The notes beneath the pieces are model-generated. The model saw only the letters and a program-made list of their open reading frames with translations, ran no database searches and was not told the DNA's origin. Shown here in pieces: positions 29,920 to 43,997 of a DNA stretch of 64,000 nucleotides. The stretch's first letter is position 1. Each line of letters begins with the position of its first letter. The position numbers and the translations under genes are program-made. The DNA comes from Eledone cirrhosa (lineage: Eukaryota). The stretch lies in contig OZ024740.1 in assembly GCA_964016885.1 (NCBI GenBank), positions 78,182,001 through 78,246,000 on the forward strand, in the 5' to 3' direction.

Positions 29920-30135
29920 AATACACACGTGCTTTTTCTGGAGAAAAAAAAATGTTTCCGTTCCTTCCTCATCTCACTCTTTATCTCTCTATTTCATATT
30001 TTATTTCTCATTCTCTCTTCTGATGAAAGACTAGTGTATGAAACGTAATTACTCTTTTCCTACTATATCAAGCGTTAAACTAATATATTTCTTCATTGTA
30101 CTGTGTTTCCTTTGTTGCTTCGATTTACTTTTTGC
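29920..30135 (+). mobile_element. PLE pseudo-LTR-like cassette family B with HHR core
   Basis: CTT-CTGATGA-AAGACTAGTGTAT-GAAA-CG-TA at 30017-30047. Confidence 0.6.
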
Positions 30136-30298
30136 ACACACAATTTTATAGGTAAGGGTTAAAGAGATAACTACTCTTTTTACTCAGCTAAACTTTTAGC
30201 TTCCACTCCGCAGCCTTTCCATATCTACACCATGTACACGCACGCACACACAAACACATATGTATATATGTTTACTTGCACACACATACATACATATA

Positions 30299-30361
<63 letters not shown>

Positions 30362-30603
30362 CTTTTCATCTTACTTGACACACACATATATATATATATA
30401 TATACATGCACATATATTAACACACTAACCTCTGTCTTATATGACACATATGCACCCACGTACACACACACACACATATATAGGACCATTATGCATGACA
30501 CACACATATTACCATTTTCATCCGACATAACACACTACTCTTCATACATACATAAACTCTTACACTCACACATGCATATGTATATATATATATATATATT
30601 CAT

Positions 30604-30721
30604 TTTAATGATATAAAATAAATGGAAACTATATTTATAAAACCATATTTATTCTATTATATATATAATAGAATAAATATGGTTTTATAAATATAGTTTC
30701 CATTTATTTAATATCATTGAA
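30604..30721. repeat. AT-rich palindrome centred on a short (TA)n
   Basis: AAATAAATGGAAACTATATTTATAAAACCATATTTATTCTATTA / its reverse complement. Confidence 0.9.
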
Positions 30722-30847
30722 TATTTACTCCAGAAATCTGTCGAGTGCTCTGAATCAGTTATAAACATTTATATTTGTTGAATTTCCAACAAATTAAATA
30801 TCCCTTCTGCTTATATTCAATATTATTAAGGCTATATAGAGAGTCTT

Positions 30848-30898
30848 GTTACTCTGGAGGTTCGCCTGTTTATCACAGGGTCATCAGACAAGAGTAAC
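30848..30898 (-). ncRNA. HHR-like motif family C (GAAA>GAAC in this copy)
   Basis: Minus strand GTTACTCTTGT-CTGATGA-CCCTGT gataa ACAGGC-GAAC-C-TC-CAGAGTAAC. Confidence 0.5.
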
Positions 30899-30960
30899 AA
30901 ATACTCACTTAATAAATGATTATTTAAACTCTACTTCGGTATTGAGTACTCTTTTCTCCA

Positions 30961-31252
30961 CTCAATACTTAGGGTAGTAGAGTGGGTAATACGAAAATGT
31001 TCAAGACCCCGACGGCAGAGCTTAAGCCGTTTCGACGGCTATTTCGGATATTATTTCAGAAATAGCCGTCGAAACGGCTTGAGATCTGCCGTCGGGGTCT
31101 TGAACATTTTCCTATATATACATATATATATATAACGAAAGAAATGTGGTAAGGAACCAGATGGACCATAACGCACCAAAGTACTCAATACAGTCCAGAA
31201 TTAGCCGTCGAAACGGCTTGAGTTCTGCCGTCGGGGTCATACTTGTTCCTAT
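30961..31252 (-). mobile_element. Family D hairpin elements (one full hairpin 30993-31111 plus a partial copy)
   Basis: ACCCCGACGGCAGAGCTYAAGCCGTTTCGACGGCTA / reverse complement; same as 56127-56320 and 59075-59271. Confidence 0.85.
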
Positions 31253-31317
31253 ATATATATCCGTATGTAGTTAAGAGCCGGTAGAAGAGAGTACTCAATA
31301 CGCGCTTGTATATATAT

Positions 31318-31357
<40 letters not shown>

Positions 31358-31363
<6 letters not shown>

Positions 31364-31535
31364 TTCAAGGGCAACCAAGGCAAATTATGGTGCGCTTTCA
31401 TCAGATAAAATACAGATTTGTTTTATAAATAAATATTGACATACCCGGAAAAAAGACAACCTTAACGGTTGGAGCTTCCTATCTGATGAAAGCGCACCAT
31501 AATTTGCCTTGGTTGCCCTTGAAATATATATAATA
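31358..31535. repeat. 50-bp inverted repeat whose arms are an HHR-like core
   Basis: 31358-31407 is the reverse complement of 31480-31529; TAT-CTGATGA-AAGCGCACC...GGTTGCCCTT-GAAA-TATATA-TA-ATA. Confidence 0.75.
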
Positions 31536-31669
31536 AAATAAATATAGTTTCCGTTTGTTAATATATTGTGTATTTACTCCACTAACCTTTTGAGTGCTTT
31601 ATGTCAGTTATAAAAATGTTTAAGCTTGTTGAATCCCAACAAATTAAATATATATATATATGTGCGTGT

Positions 31670-31776
<107 letters not shown>

Positions 31777-32614
31777 CTTTCGTGTGTCCCTCGTCCTTAA
31801 AATCTATTTGGACAGTAGAAACGTGTAGGAGGTTGTTGGCGTGTTTTATGGTGGCGGTGGTGACAGTAACGTCGATTACGGTGTCAATGTTGTTGTTGAT
31901 GATGATGTTAGTGTGGGTGGGAGTGGGGAGTTGTAGTGATGGTAGGTGTGTGTGTGTGTGGAGGGGGCTGTGGTGCTGGTGGATGAAGGTTGTGGGGGAT
32001 TGAGCTTCTTTGTTGCGATGATAGTTATGATGATGATGTCTCTGTCCCTATATGTGTGTGATGACAGGACATGTTTTTCCTTCCTTCCTCCTTTTTAACA
32101 CTACACCACTCCCCTTCTGACCCTATCTCCCCTAGCAACAGGGTCAGCTCTGGGAGGGGGTAGAAGGAAAGGAGGGATGGGGAATAGAGATTTTCTTGTT
32201 CTTGTCCCCTACTCGTCCCACACTTTTTTTGTTTTGTTTTAGGTTAAACACAAGGGAATGTTGCACCACCACTACTACAACTACCCCTACCACCACTAAC
32301 TGCTACTACTAACTACTATTACCACCACCATCTCCACTACTACCACTGCTGCTACTACTACTACTACTGTCACCACCACCATTACTGCTGCTGCAGAACT
32401 GAGACAGTACATCATTCACACACTCATACTTTACAATACATTCACACATACACGCGCGTTTACAAATAAAATAGCCTTGTATCTTTAACACGGTGAATGG
32501 GGAGGGCGACTCTAGACCGAAACTCTCTTAAGAGGTGTCCAGATAAAATGAAACAAGAAAGGGGGAGATAACACATAGCCTTAGCTGATCGAAGTCTTTT
32601 GGAATCATTTAAGT

Positions 32615-32761
32615 CAGGCATGGATAACGTTTTTTCGAGTAGTGGGCCGCATAAGATGTAGCTCATCATAAGACGGGCCGCACTACTAAAAAATTCAAGG
32701 TTGTTTTGAAATTAGGAGTGCCATTCAGAAAGCTAAACGGGCCGCAGTTTGCCCATGGCTG
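32615..32761. mobile_element. hAT-type MITE
   Basis: CAGGCATGGATAAC...GTTTGCCCATGGCTG TIRs, three internal GGGCCGCA motifs, imperfect 8-bp TSD ATTTAAGT/ATTGAAGA. Confidence 0.75.
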
Positions 32762-33004
32762 ATTGAAGACAATGTAATGTGAATGTGGGCTTTGTTTATA
32801 AAGAAGTTCGCTCTCTAGTCACAATGTCCTGTAAATCGTCACCTCACCAAAGTTACTCATGCATGTAATCGTGTATGTTATGCTGGTCATTTATATAATA
32901 GCAAAAACGTTTTATCAATAAAATCCTAAACAAATCTTTCAAATAACAACACTACAGATATTTAAAAACTATGTAAAAATATATCATGTAATTATATCCT
33001 AGAG

Positions 33005-33197
33005 GGGTGGTGGATTGGCAGTATCGGTAGAGGGTCTGGTACCATGCTTTGACGCATAGTTACAGCCCTTGCCATTCTGATTTCAAATCCCCCTGAGGTT
33101 AACTTTGCCTTTCATCCTTACGGGGTCGATACAATAAAGTACCAATAATGCACTGGAATAATTGCTGGCCTTGTGCCAAAAATAGAAACAATTATTA
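33005..33197 (+). mobile_element. SINE family A, full length (tRNA head, Meta/MESC-like core)
   Basis: TGGCAGTATCGGTAGAG (A box)...TTCAAATCC (B box)...ACTTTGCCTTTCATCCTTACGGGGTCGAT..AATAAAGTACCA...CCTTGTGCCAAAA.TAGAAACAATTATT. Confidence 0.85.
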
Positions 33198-33364
33198 TCT
33201 ACCAACAAATTATCAAAGTAATTTCTTTCCCTGTTTGTGTATCTAACCATCGGATGATTCGCACAGAACAAGATCCCTTACTATCTCGTCATGGTGACGA
33301 ATGCTGTAACCTGTTAGTTTTATTCTCCTCTATCTTATCATTTTTTTTCGTTACTGGCCGAAGT

Positions 33365-33630
33365 CGTTAGTACAATACTCTGCAGTTAAGTTTCTTTTTC
33401 CATGTAACATTAAGTACTATGCACAACTTGTATAGCAGCCATCAGTTCTCTTTTCTAGCTGCTTTTCTCCATGCTTCTGATCCATACAGGAGAACAGACT
33501 CCACTGTTGCAAATAAAAAGCCGTTCTTTAAGCCTTCTGCTCATCCGTGTGATCCATATTCCCTTTAACTTGTTATATACTGACCAAGCCTTTCTCACTA
33601 GAAAATCTTTTTTATTGGAAGATACCGGAG
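33365..33630 (-). pseudogene. RTE-related LINE ORF remnant
   Basis: SSNKKDFLVRKAWSVYNKLKGIWITRMSRRLKERLF, then frameshifted VESVLLYGSEAW. Confidence 0.75.
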
Positions 33631-33904
33631 TTAGTGTAGGAGGGCTTAGGAGCTTTGGATGGACACCTGGCATTTGGAATACATAGATAACACTGTTGCC
33701 GTCATTATTGACGGCACAGGTTTACTTTATACATACACACATACAGAGCGCCCGTCATAATTGACGACATGAGTCCACAGTATAATCCCCCCACCCCCCG
33801 TTATTATTGATGACACGGGTCCACGCTCTCAAGCGTCAACCTAATACCAACTGTTCGTACTGCACTCTTTGTTATTTTTGTTTTTTACTTTTATATATAT
33901 ATAT

Positions 33905-34087
33905 TATATATATATATTTCTAAATGTCTCTCCACCACTCCCCCACACACCCTCGGAACTCTCTTCCCACCCACTTTTCTCCTGAAAAAGGGCTTATGCC
34001 CGAAACGTCCCCTCCCCCACTCCCAAGAGCGTGAAACTAATAAACCTTTGTTTGTACTGCCTCTCTGTTTTGTTCCCGTTCCATTTT

Positions 34088-34091
<4 letters not shown>
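33905..34091 (+). mobile_element. PLE pseudo-LTR-like cassette family E with HHR core
   Basis: CTGAAAA-AGGGC ttat GCCC-GAAA-CG-TC at 33982-34009; homologous to 44257-44480 minus; flanked by (TA)n. Confidence 0.7.
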
Positions 34092-34153
<62 letters not shown>

Positions 34154-34240
34154 CACACATACACAAACAGGGTGTTCCAAAAATGTATAAACTTCAAGAG
34201 CATTCTAATTGAAGTATATATATATTTTGGGGGAACATTT

Positions 34241-34287
<47 letters not shown>

Positions 34288-34981
34288 CTCTGTTACAGTT
34301 TAGTGAAGAAACCAAATATTATTTTCTCCGTTTGCAAAACAATGGGCTATGCACTACGTTGTATTCGTACAAATTTGATCGGTTTTGGCTTACTTACCAT
34401 ACACCTACCTCTCTTCTAGAGTCATTGACACTATGTTGGGTTCAACTGTCCTCTTGACAGGTCCTTGTTTTTGTCCTGCTGAGTGTGTGTGTGTGTAGAT
34501 GCACACACATATATACGTATATACAGATGCACACACATATATACGTATATACAGATGCACACACATATATACGTATATACACAAGCACACACATATATAC
34601 GTATATATATACGCACACACATATATATACATACATACACACTCACACAAAAGTACAGCAATTACAATTCTCTCTCTCCACCCCTCTCCCACTAAGTAGA
34701 TTTCCTCAACATGGCGTTTCGTATCCAGTTTTCCAGTTACTAACTTATTTGTTTGTTGGTTTTCTTTCTCCCCCCGCCCCCGTGTCACCCCACCCCCTTC
34801 TCTCCAATGCAGGAGATATAGTTGGAAAGGGAGAGAAAACAGAGGGTTGGATATAGTGGAGGGATTATTTGTGGAAATCTATTACATAAAGTGGCTTACT
34901 GTTGGTATGTACAATACACATGTCTACATACACAGGCACTGCTCTCACACACATACACACACTCTTCTCATGGCTGGCGAT

Positions 34982-35201
34982 TATTTGTGAAGTTTCATTA
35001 ACTTTAACCATTTAATTACTATATTTCTAATGAAATATTGCCTGCCTTTATTCCGATATATATACTGGTTTCAGTCGACTGTGATCATGCTTGGGTACCA
35101 CCTTCGTGGAGTTTAGTCGATCATATCGGAATAAAGGCAGGCAATATTTCATTTCAAAATATAGTAATTAAATGGTTAATGTTAATGAAACTTCACAAAT
35201 A
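34982..35201. repeat. 78-bp inverted repeat enclosing a SINE fragment
   Basis: 34982-35059 is the near reverse complement of 35123-35201. Confidence 0.9.
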
Positions 35202-35276
35202 TATATAAACAACAATAAGGGACGATGTGCTAGAGAATCATCATTAGGTTTATTCGTGATTGATCAGGTTTCGTCA

Positions 35277-35346
<70 letters not shown>

Positions 35347-36866
35347 ATGGTTTTGCATGAAGCTCAACAAATCTGCTAATGAAATATTTCGTCAGTTTTG
35401 AGTGGCACTCACATAAATTTCAAGGTCAGTCAAATGTCGCTTCAAGATGACCGTTCACAGGCCTCCGTCGATTTCGACGATGAGTGTTCCAGTTATTCGA
35501 TTAACAGAATAGCCTGTTTATAAAATTAACGGTTAAATGGTTGAGGATTCCACAGACACGTGTACTCTCAATGGTTTTCTAAGAGAGAGTTACAGCATGG
35601 CGAAATGTGTAGTTCCATCCACCCAATTTCATTTAACGGTTGAATCGACTCCAAGCGAGAGTGACATTTGCCTGAGATGCCAGGCAGTCAGATCGAATCC
35701 GGGACCTTATGATTACGAAGCAAGCTTCTTAACTATTCGGCTATGTTGCGTCCACATCTGTTTGATCAGTCATTAGCAAAACGATAATGAATGTGAGGAA
35801 AATTCATCTGCTTCCATTCACCCTCTCTTTGTGATTTCGCTTCGTTTTTTTTAAATTGAAATTGAAATGTAGATGGTAGATGAAATATATATAGAATATT
35901 GGACAACCATTTTTCTTTTTTATTTAATGAAAATGTCTGCAGTGTGTTTGAGGCTTGGAAGACACGTTGGGATCTGTGTACATTTCCAAGAAGTCTATTA
36001 GGAGAGAGTACCCGAATATGAAAAAATAAACATGAAATATACAATTTATTAAGGCACTAACTAATTAGTGTATTTGAATTTTAGACTTGGCCAGGGAAGT
36101 TTCTGATATCACTTCGTTCATGGAGAAAAGACCAGGAGCAGGCATGAACATCATATAATCTCATTCCCTTCTCTGTCAGAAATGTGGGCTTGTGTCTGAA
36201 AGAATGCAGTATTTTATCTCTCTTGATCTCATGTAATTTTGTTTACAACACCAACATGAGTGTATATGAGGTATATAATGACCCTCAACTAACCCCAACT
36301 ATTCACTAACTTCACATGCTGTTGATGATTGTGAAGATGGTGATGGTAATGATGTTAATGATGATGGTATTGGCATGTGCTGGTGACATTAAAAACATTA
36401 AGCTTATCTAGAACAATGATGCGCGAACACACACACACACACACACACACACGCGCGTACATAAACACATCTGTTGTGTAGTTTCAAATTTGGGCTTGGC
36501 AAAGTTAATGGAATGTCTCTGTCTACTTTCTCTTTATCACACACACACACTTAATTATAAACACACACACACACACACACACACTTAGGTAGGGTGATAT
36601 TTCTTCAGTTTTTTTAGGCGATGAAGTTCACAAATATGGTCCTCGGTGAGTCTTGAAAATTTAGTTTTTAATTCTTTATATATATTCTTTCATCTTTCTC
36701 ACTTTGGTTTCTATATACACACGTAAGTTATGTATATTTTATATATATATAATATAGAAATGGGTTCTACAGGACTAGAACTGTTTCATTCGAAGGAAAT
36801 CATCTGCTATGTATTGACTACCTTACTTACTGTGGTTACCACTGATTGAACCCGGGATACACACAC

Positions 36867-36869
<3 letters not shown>

Positions 36870-36912
<43 letters not shown>

Positions 36913-37074
36913 TATGTATATATATATGTATATATATATATATAATATATATATGTGTATATATATATATATATATAATATATATGTATATATATATATA
37001 TATATAATATATATATGTATATATATATAATATATATATGTATATATATATATATATAATATATATATGTATAT

Positions 37075-37126
<52 letters not shown>

Positions 37127-37400
37127 TATAATATATATGTATATATATATATATATATATAATATATATGTATATATATATATATATATAATATATATGT
37201 ATATATATATATATATATATAATATATATATGTATATATATATATATATATAATATATATATATATATAATATATATATATATATATAATATATATATAT
37301 ATATAATATATATATATATATAATATATATAATATATATATATATAATATATATATATATATATAATATATATATATATAATATATATATATATACACAT
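36870..37400. repeat. (TA)n array with TAAT/ATGT variants
   Basis: Direct reading. Confidence 0.95.
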
Positions 37401-37867
37401 ATATAATCAACGTTTTTGTGTATATATATATATACATATATATCAACTTTTTTTGTACGTGTATATACATATATTAAATGATGGATGGTGTGTGTGGAAG
37501 CATTTGGTGATTTTATTTGTGCATGACTAGCACTAGCAAATATAGGGGCCTGTGCAGGTTACAAGGATGTGTGCTCGGTCACAAGCCGTAAATTGGATAT
37601 AGTATAGTTTGCTTTCTTTTACATTCCCGTTGTGACTCAGGCGGGCTATGGACCCACAACTACTTGCCGTAAGTCAACCTGCTTTACATTCAGATCGCAG
37701 TTCTGATATAACAAAGAGACATATGATAGATGTTATATCCATCTGATCAGGCAGTTTCGATGTGATCAACTGTTATTCTTAACACATCGAATTTGTGTAT
37801 TCCCCTGGTTGTTTTTTTGTTTTTTTTTTTCTCGTTGTGTGTCAGCTTAATATTATTTGTTAGTCTT

Positions 37868-38055
37868 TGGATTGGCAGTATCGGTAGAGGGTCGGACGCC
37901 ATGCTTTGCAGCAAAGAGTTACGGCCCGTTATGGTCTGAGTTCAAATCCCGCCGAGGTTAACTTTGCCTTTCATCCTTAGGGGGTCGATAAAATAAAGTA
38001 CCAGTAATACACTGAGATAATTGCTGACCTTGTGCCAAAAGTTGAAACAATTATT
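37868..38055 (+). mobile_element. SINE family A
   Basis: Same as 33005-33197. Confidence 0.85.
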
Positions 38056-39196
38056 TCTTAGTCTTCTTCATTACCCTGTTCTTCTGTATTGTTGCTTTTC
38101 ACTGACTTTGAGACGAGCAAAATTGATGAATATTATTATTTTACTCAATCTTATTGTAAACCCCCACTGTCAGTGTACTTGTATTGTCCCCTACATGTCG
38201 GTCCTTGTGGCCAATAAATGAAATCAGTATTATTATTATTATTATTATTGTACAAACAACATTGACTCTTTTAAGCACGTTTAGCAGTATATGTTTACAA
38301 ACCTATAAAACAAGCATATATATATATATATATATATGTATGTATTATGGAACTTGGTTAATTGCTTCAGTACCAATCTTGAGAAGCTGGGCTTAACACA
38401 ACCGCAAGGACACGGCTAATTAGTAAATTACAGTTACTACCAATTAATGAAACAGTGAAAATATGTAAAACATTCCAGGGGTTCAGCATGTAATAGGTGC
38501 ATATAGGCACGTGTAGTCATGCATACATATATGGCTATCCATTTGATGTTTGTCTACATTCCAATGAAAAAGCCATATATCTGGGTTAGAGACTGGTCCA
38601 TTTTCCTTTGGTGAGAAATTTGAAAATTATAACCAGAACATAGATGTGATTGTGTTAGTAGGCGAATGGTTACGAAGCTCATCTAGCGATCATAAGCTCT
38701 ACAGTTCGATTCCATTGCGCGGCAACTTGGGCAAACGTCTTCTATATTCTGTCTTTGAATCTATCTTGACCTTTTGAATGAAATTTAAATTAGGTACACG
38801 CTGAATCTATTCTCAACCACTTACACTATATAAAACAATAAACACGTAGCTCCGTTGATTAAATATCTAGAGTAATCGATTATGAAAATCCTTCTAGATA
38901 TAACTTTAAAATAGTCTATGGAAAATAAACTGAGAGGGGATGTTGTTGTATATTATCCCTTTCCCAAGAATTATACTGTTCCTGGCTTAAAATGAATGTT
39001 ATGGGTTGCATAGCAAGGGATTTAAACCAAGTTTAAAGACTCTGGAAACCAAGAAACTTTTACTTTATTACATGAATTGTGATACTGTTTCCGTTTTCGC
39101 TTCTCCACCACCACCTGACTCCACTAGTTTTCATCCTCCTGGTGTCGAAGTCGACTACACCTTACCCCAGGGGTGGATTTAGATCATTATTTCAGG

Positions 39197-39386
39197 CTGG
39201 TGGATTGGCAGTATCGGTAGAGAGTCGGACACCATGCTTTGAAGCATAGAGTTACGTCCCTTTATGATCTGAGTTCAAATCCCGCCGAGGTTAACTTTGC
39301 CTTTCACATCCTTACGGGGTCGATAAAATAAAGTACCAGTAATGCACAGTACTTGCTGGCCTTGTGCCAAAAGTAGAAACAATTAT
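39197..39386 (+). mobile_element. SINE family A
   Basis: Same as 33005-33197. Confidence 0.85.
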
Positions 39387-39761
39387 TTCATGTGGCTCCA
39401 CTCTACTAAGGTGGCAAAAATGAGATGTACTTTGCCACACAGTATACCTCGCTGAATCTTGAGAACTACCTTAACGACGGTGCGCGCACGCGCACACACA
39501 CGCACGCACGCACGCATGCACATATATGTTTATATCAACGCGTTAGAACTATATTATCAATTCTCAAAGGTGCAATCGTTTCGAATGAAATATGACCTTG
39601 AATTATTCAAGGTGTTGTTACAGAATTCGTTTTATAGAGTCAATCTATAGCAATAGATGTATTTCTATAAGATCACACAGCTGAGAGAAAAAGATAGTCA
39701 TTGGTGAAATAAATACGATTCTTTGATGAAAGAAGATTAATTTTCCATTAACACCTCTCTC

Positions 39762-39827
<66 letters not shown>

Positions 39828-40706
39828 TTCTACAAAACTAGAACTGTTTCATTCAAATGTATTGAGTGAGTACCTTACTAACTAGTTACCCGGGACTCAA
39901 ACACACACACATATATATGTGTGTGTGTACACGCGCTCTTTATATTTCCATTCTATCATGATGGAGCAACTGTTTTTACAGCTGGATGCTTTTCTTACTG
40001 CTAATCTCTCAACCGTGAAGTAGGGAGTGGAGTCTGTTTTATGGCGTCAGACAATCCGACAGCAAGCAGGGTTATGTCCCTTGCTCTGTTGGTGTGTGTG
40101 GTGGGGTATGTAGGGGTGTTATATCACAGTAGCTGTAGTGGTGGCAATGTTTTGAATTGACGACCATATGATCAGTAGTATCGCAGCAATCCTGCCTCAG
40201 ACTAATTTGTGATTGAATATACCTTTGAATCAAAGACATTATTGTCGTGCTCTCATCCATTCTGCTTAGGAATTTCTAGGACTACATTATGTTACGGCCT
40301 TCTTTTAAGACGATAGTAGAATGTGCTTTGCGGGTGATTAGGCAGCTATTTTTAGCAAATTGTACGACCGTTTAGAGTCTTAACATTATTGCAGATCAAG
40401 CAACAGTGTGACCTGAACTAAATTACTTGAGCTATTTTTTTAGATGTTTGACTGTTGTTTGAGAGAGACTTGGTTGCTGTTTCTAGCAGGTTGAAAGATT
40501 ACTTAGAGACTCTCTTGTTTGTTCACATCTGTAATTGAAAACTGTATGGTCGGAGCTTACCTCTTGTTCTATTAATCTAAATTATAACTGCACAGTCTTT
40601 TTGCTCGTCTATCACCTTCGAATGCTAAGTTTTTCATAAAAAATTCCTGGAATACAAATGTAAAGGGAACGTGCGACAAATATTCTAAAACGTTTTTTGC
40701 CACCAT

Positions 40707-41082
40707 TGGTGGATTGGCAGTATCGGTAGAGGGACGGACGCCATGCTTTGACGCATAGAGTTATGGTCCTTTCCATTCTGAGTTCAAATCCCGCCGAGGT
40801 TAACTTTGCCTTTCGTCCTTACGGGGTCGATAAAATAAAGTGCCAGTAATGCACTGGGATAATTGCTGGCCTTGTGCCCAAAGTAGAAACAATTATTATT
40901 TGTGGGATTGGCAGTATCGGTAGAGAGTATGACGCCATGCTTTGCAGCATAGTTACGGTCTGAGTTCAAATCTCGTCGAGGTTAACTTTGCCTTTTATCC
41001 TTACGGGGTCGATAAAATAAAGTACCAGTAATGCACCAGGGTAAATTGCTGGACTTGTGCTAAAAGTAGAAACAATTATTAT
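40707..41082 (+). mobile_element. Two tandem SINE family A copies
   Basis: 40707-40897 and 40904-41082. Confidence 0.85.
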
Positions 41083-42253
41083 TTGTCTGTCTCACATATC
41101 TCTCAATCTGTCTCTCTATACATATATTATATATCATCATTTCTTTTGTTAAAGCAACATATCTCCTTTCCTATCATGTGACTATTGTCTCATTCTTTCC
41201 TCTTATGGCGGTTAAAACCAACCAAATGTTCTCCTCTGCAGGCGACGATCTCTGTGTATTTTCGACTCCATCTCTAACTGCCATTTTTCATCATGTATTA
41301 TACGCCTTAAATGCCGTGCATTTAATTCTATACATGTGAATTTTGTTTTATTTTCGTTTCTATACTCCAAGGACAGTGTTTGACTATTTTGTCAGACACT
41401 GTACGTCCATTTTGATGGCTGGTGACCACATTTTCCGGTTCATTCCCATCTGAAAGGTTGAACAAGTTGGCTCACTGGTCCAACGAAACATAGGATCCTG
41501 GTATGGCGCCATTGTAATAACTGACCTTAATAATGGTTTCTGATCTAGGCACAAGGCCAACAATTTTAGGAGAGGGGAAAGTCGATTAAATCGACAACAG
41601 TGCATTACTGGTACTCTGAAAAGCAAAGCTAACCTCGGCAGGAATTTAACTTAGATCGTAAAGGGGTGTAACTCTCTGCCATAAAACGTGTTATCCAACG
41701 ATCTACTAATACTGAACTGGCCTCAATATTAAAACACGTCCTACAGACTTGACTTGCGCTATACCTTGGATATCCCCCCCACCCCTCTCCTTGCCAGTAT
41801 TGGACCGGTGCATTATTTTATTAATCAGAAGTCTGAAAGGCGGGATTAGATTTCAAAACCTCGAAACAGAACAATTACCTCAAAACAACGATTCTGTGAA
41901 TCGTCTGTCTTTACCGGTACAGAGAGGGGAGGGGATGTTTCCGGTCTCGCTCGGGTGGCACTTAATAAGTGTGGTTTTGTTTTTCGATGAGAGGGATTGT
42001 ACCCCCTCCCCGATGACACAATTTCTAGCTCCACAACTGTATTGGAATCCATATATATTCCTAGAAAACATCTTAGATATGAATAGAATTAAAATAGAAA
42101 AATATGAATTCAATTCCTAGTGGGATTATTGTTCCGCTTGGTAGAATCAGTAGAGCGCTAAACAGAACAACAATACATTGCGGTTTTTATCGATTTCTTT
42201 TAGTCGAAACCCTAAGTTACGGGAAATTTTCACTAAACACACGCACGCACGCG

Positions 42254-42317
<64 letters not shown>

Positions 42318-42485
42318 TAGGTGATTCAGTGAATTACTGATGGTGGAATCGGGACCATAACTTCTATGGGTAGCCCTAAGCCAATCCTCTGTGAAACGTG
42401 CGTAAAGGTCGATATACAATAACAGTCTTAAATACATGTAAACGAAACTTTATCGTTCTTATTAATATATAATATATATTATATC

Positions 42486-42672
42486 GGTGGATTGGCAGTA
42501 TCGGTAGAGGGTTGGACGCCATGCTTTCCAGTATAGTTACGTCCCTTTGCGATCTGAGTTCAAATCCCGCCGAGGTTGACTTTGCCTTTCATCCTTACGG
42601 GGTCGATAAAATAAAGTACCAGTAATGCACTGGGTATTTGCTGGCCTTGTGCCAAAAGTAGAAACAATTATA
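42486..42672 (+). mobile_element. SINE family A
   Basis: Same as 33005-33197. Confidence 0.85.
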
Positions 42673-42710
42673 TATATATTCAATATTATTAAGGCTAAAA
42701 AGTGAGTCGT

Positions 42711-42755
42711 GTTACTCTGGAGTTTCGCCTGTTTATCACAGGGTCATCAGACAAG
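42711..42755 (-). ncRNA. HHR-like motif family C with intact CUGAUGA/GAAA boxes
   Basis: Minus strand CTTGT-CTGATGA-CCCTGT gataa ACAGGC-GAAA-C-TC-CAGAGTAAC; stem III reduced to ACU. Confidence 0.55.
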
Positions 42756-42758
42756 TTC

Positions 42759-42878
42759 TCGACCCCGTAAGGATGAAAGGCAAAGTCAACCTCGGCGGGA
42801 TTTGAACTCAGATTGTAAAGGGACGTAACTATGCTAGAAAGCATGGCGTCCGACCCTCTACCGATACTGCCAATCCAT
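42759..42878 (-). mobile_element. SINE family A 5' half, inverted relative to 42486-42672
   Basis: Near-exact reverse complement of 42489-42606. Confidence 0.85.
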
Positions 42879-42945
42879 AATAATATTGAATATTAAAACT
42901 CTACTTCGATATTGAGTACTCCTTTCTCTCAGTCGTCAACCACAT

Positions 42946-42994
<49 letters not shown>

Positions 42995-43077
42995 CACGCT
43001 CTTTTCCTTCACCTCTCTGTCACCATCACCACTATCAGACGCTGTGCCTGTTCTTGGTAACTAATGTCTATCCACGT

Positions 43078-43147
<70 letters not shown>

Positions 43148-43212
43148 CACACTGATCCATTTAATGGCAACTCATTAAAAAGCAACGAGAGTGGGAGAGT
43201 GTATGTTGATGA

Positions 43213-43247
<35 letters not shown>

Positions 43248-43525
43248 GCGGCGTTGATGTTTGTGTGGGTGTATAAGTGAGCCCTAGAGAGCTAGACATA
43301 GTGTGGGTGTAGACATGTGAAATGGGTATACGTTAACGATTGGGTATGTAAGTAAGTCACAGAAAGTGTGTGTACGTTGTGTCCTGTGAATGGAGATGGT
43401 AATGTGTGTGTACGTCGGTGTTTTATGTGAATGTATGTGTATATGCATACACGTATGTATGTGTATATGCATACACGTGTGTATGTGTATGAATATCATC
43501 ATCTTTTTACGTCCGATTTTCCATG

Positions 43526-43641
<116 letters not shown>

Positions 43642-43997
43642 TATATATATATAGGTTGATATTTGGGTGTGTAAATGATGCACAGAAAAAAAAAATGAGA
43701 TATTATGTGTGTAGAGTTGTATTTTTTATGGATGTGTGCGCCAGTGAGAGAGAGGTAGGTAAGGGGAAGAAAGACCGAGAACATCTTGACATGACTAACC
43801 ATTTAATCGTGGAGTGAAAATGATGAAAAAAACTTACTTGTATACTACTCTAGAGACTGGTTGCTTGGTTGCTTGGTTGCTTAGCTGGTTGGTTGGTACC
43901 TTTAAAGTACTCTGTGTAACCACCACTTTCTCAGTGGTGTAGTAGTGGCGGCACTAATTGGTCACTTGCCGGCTAGCATTATTACACTAACACACAC

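Noticed and set aside
33005-33100. tRNA genes
   Set aside because: The A/B boxes belong to SINE heads followed by core and tail; no complete cloverleaf seen
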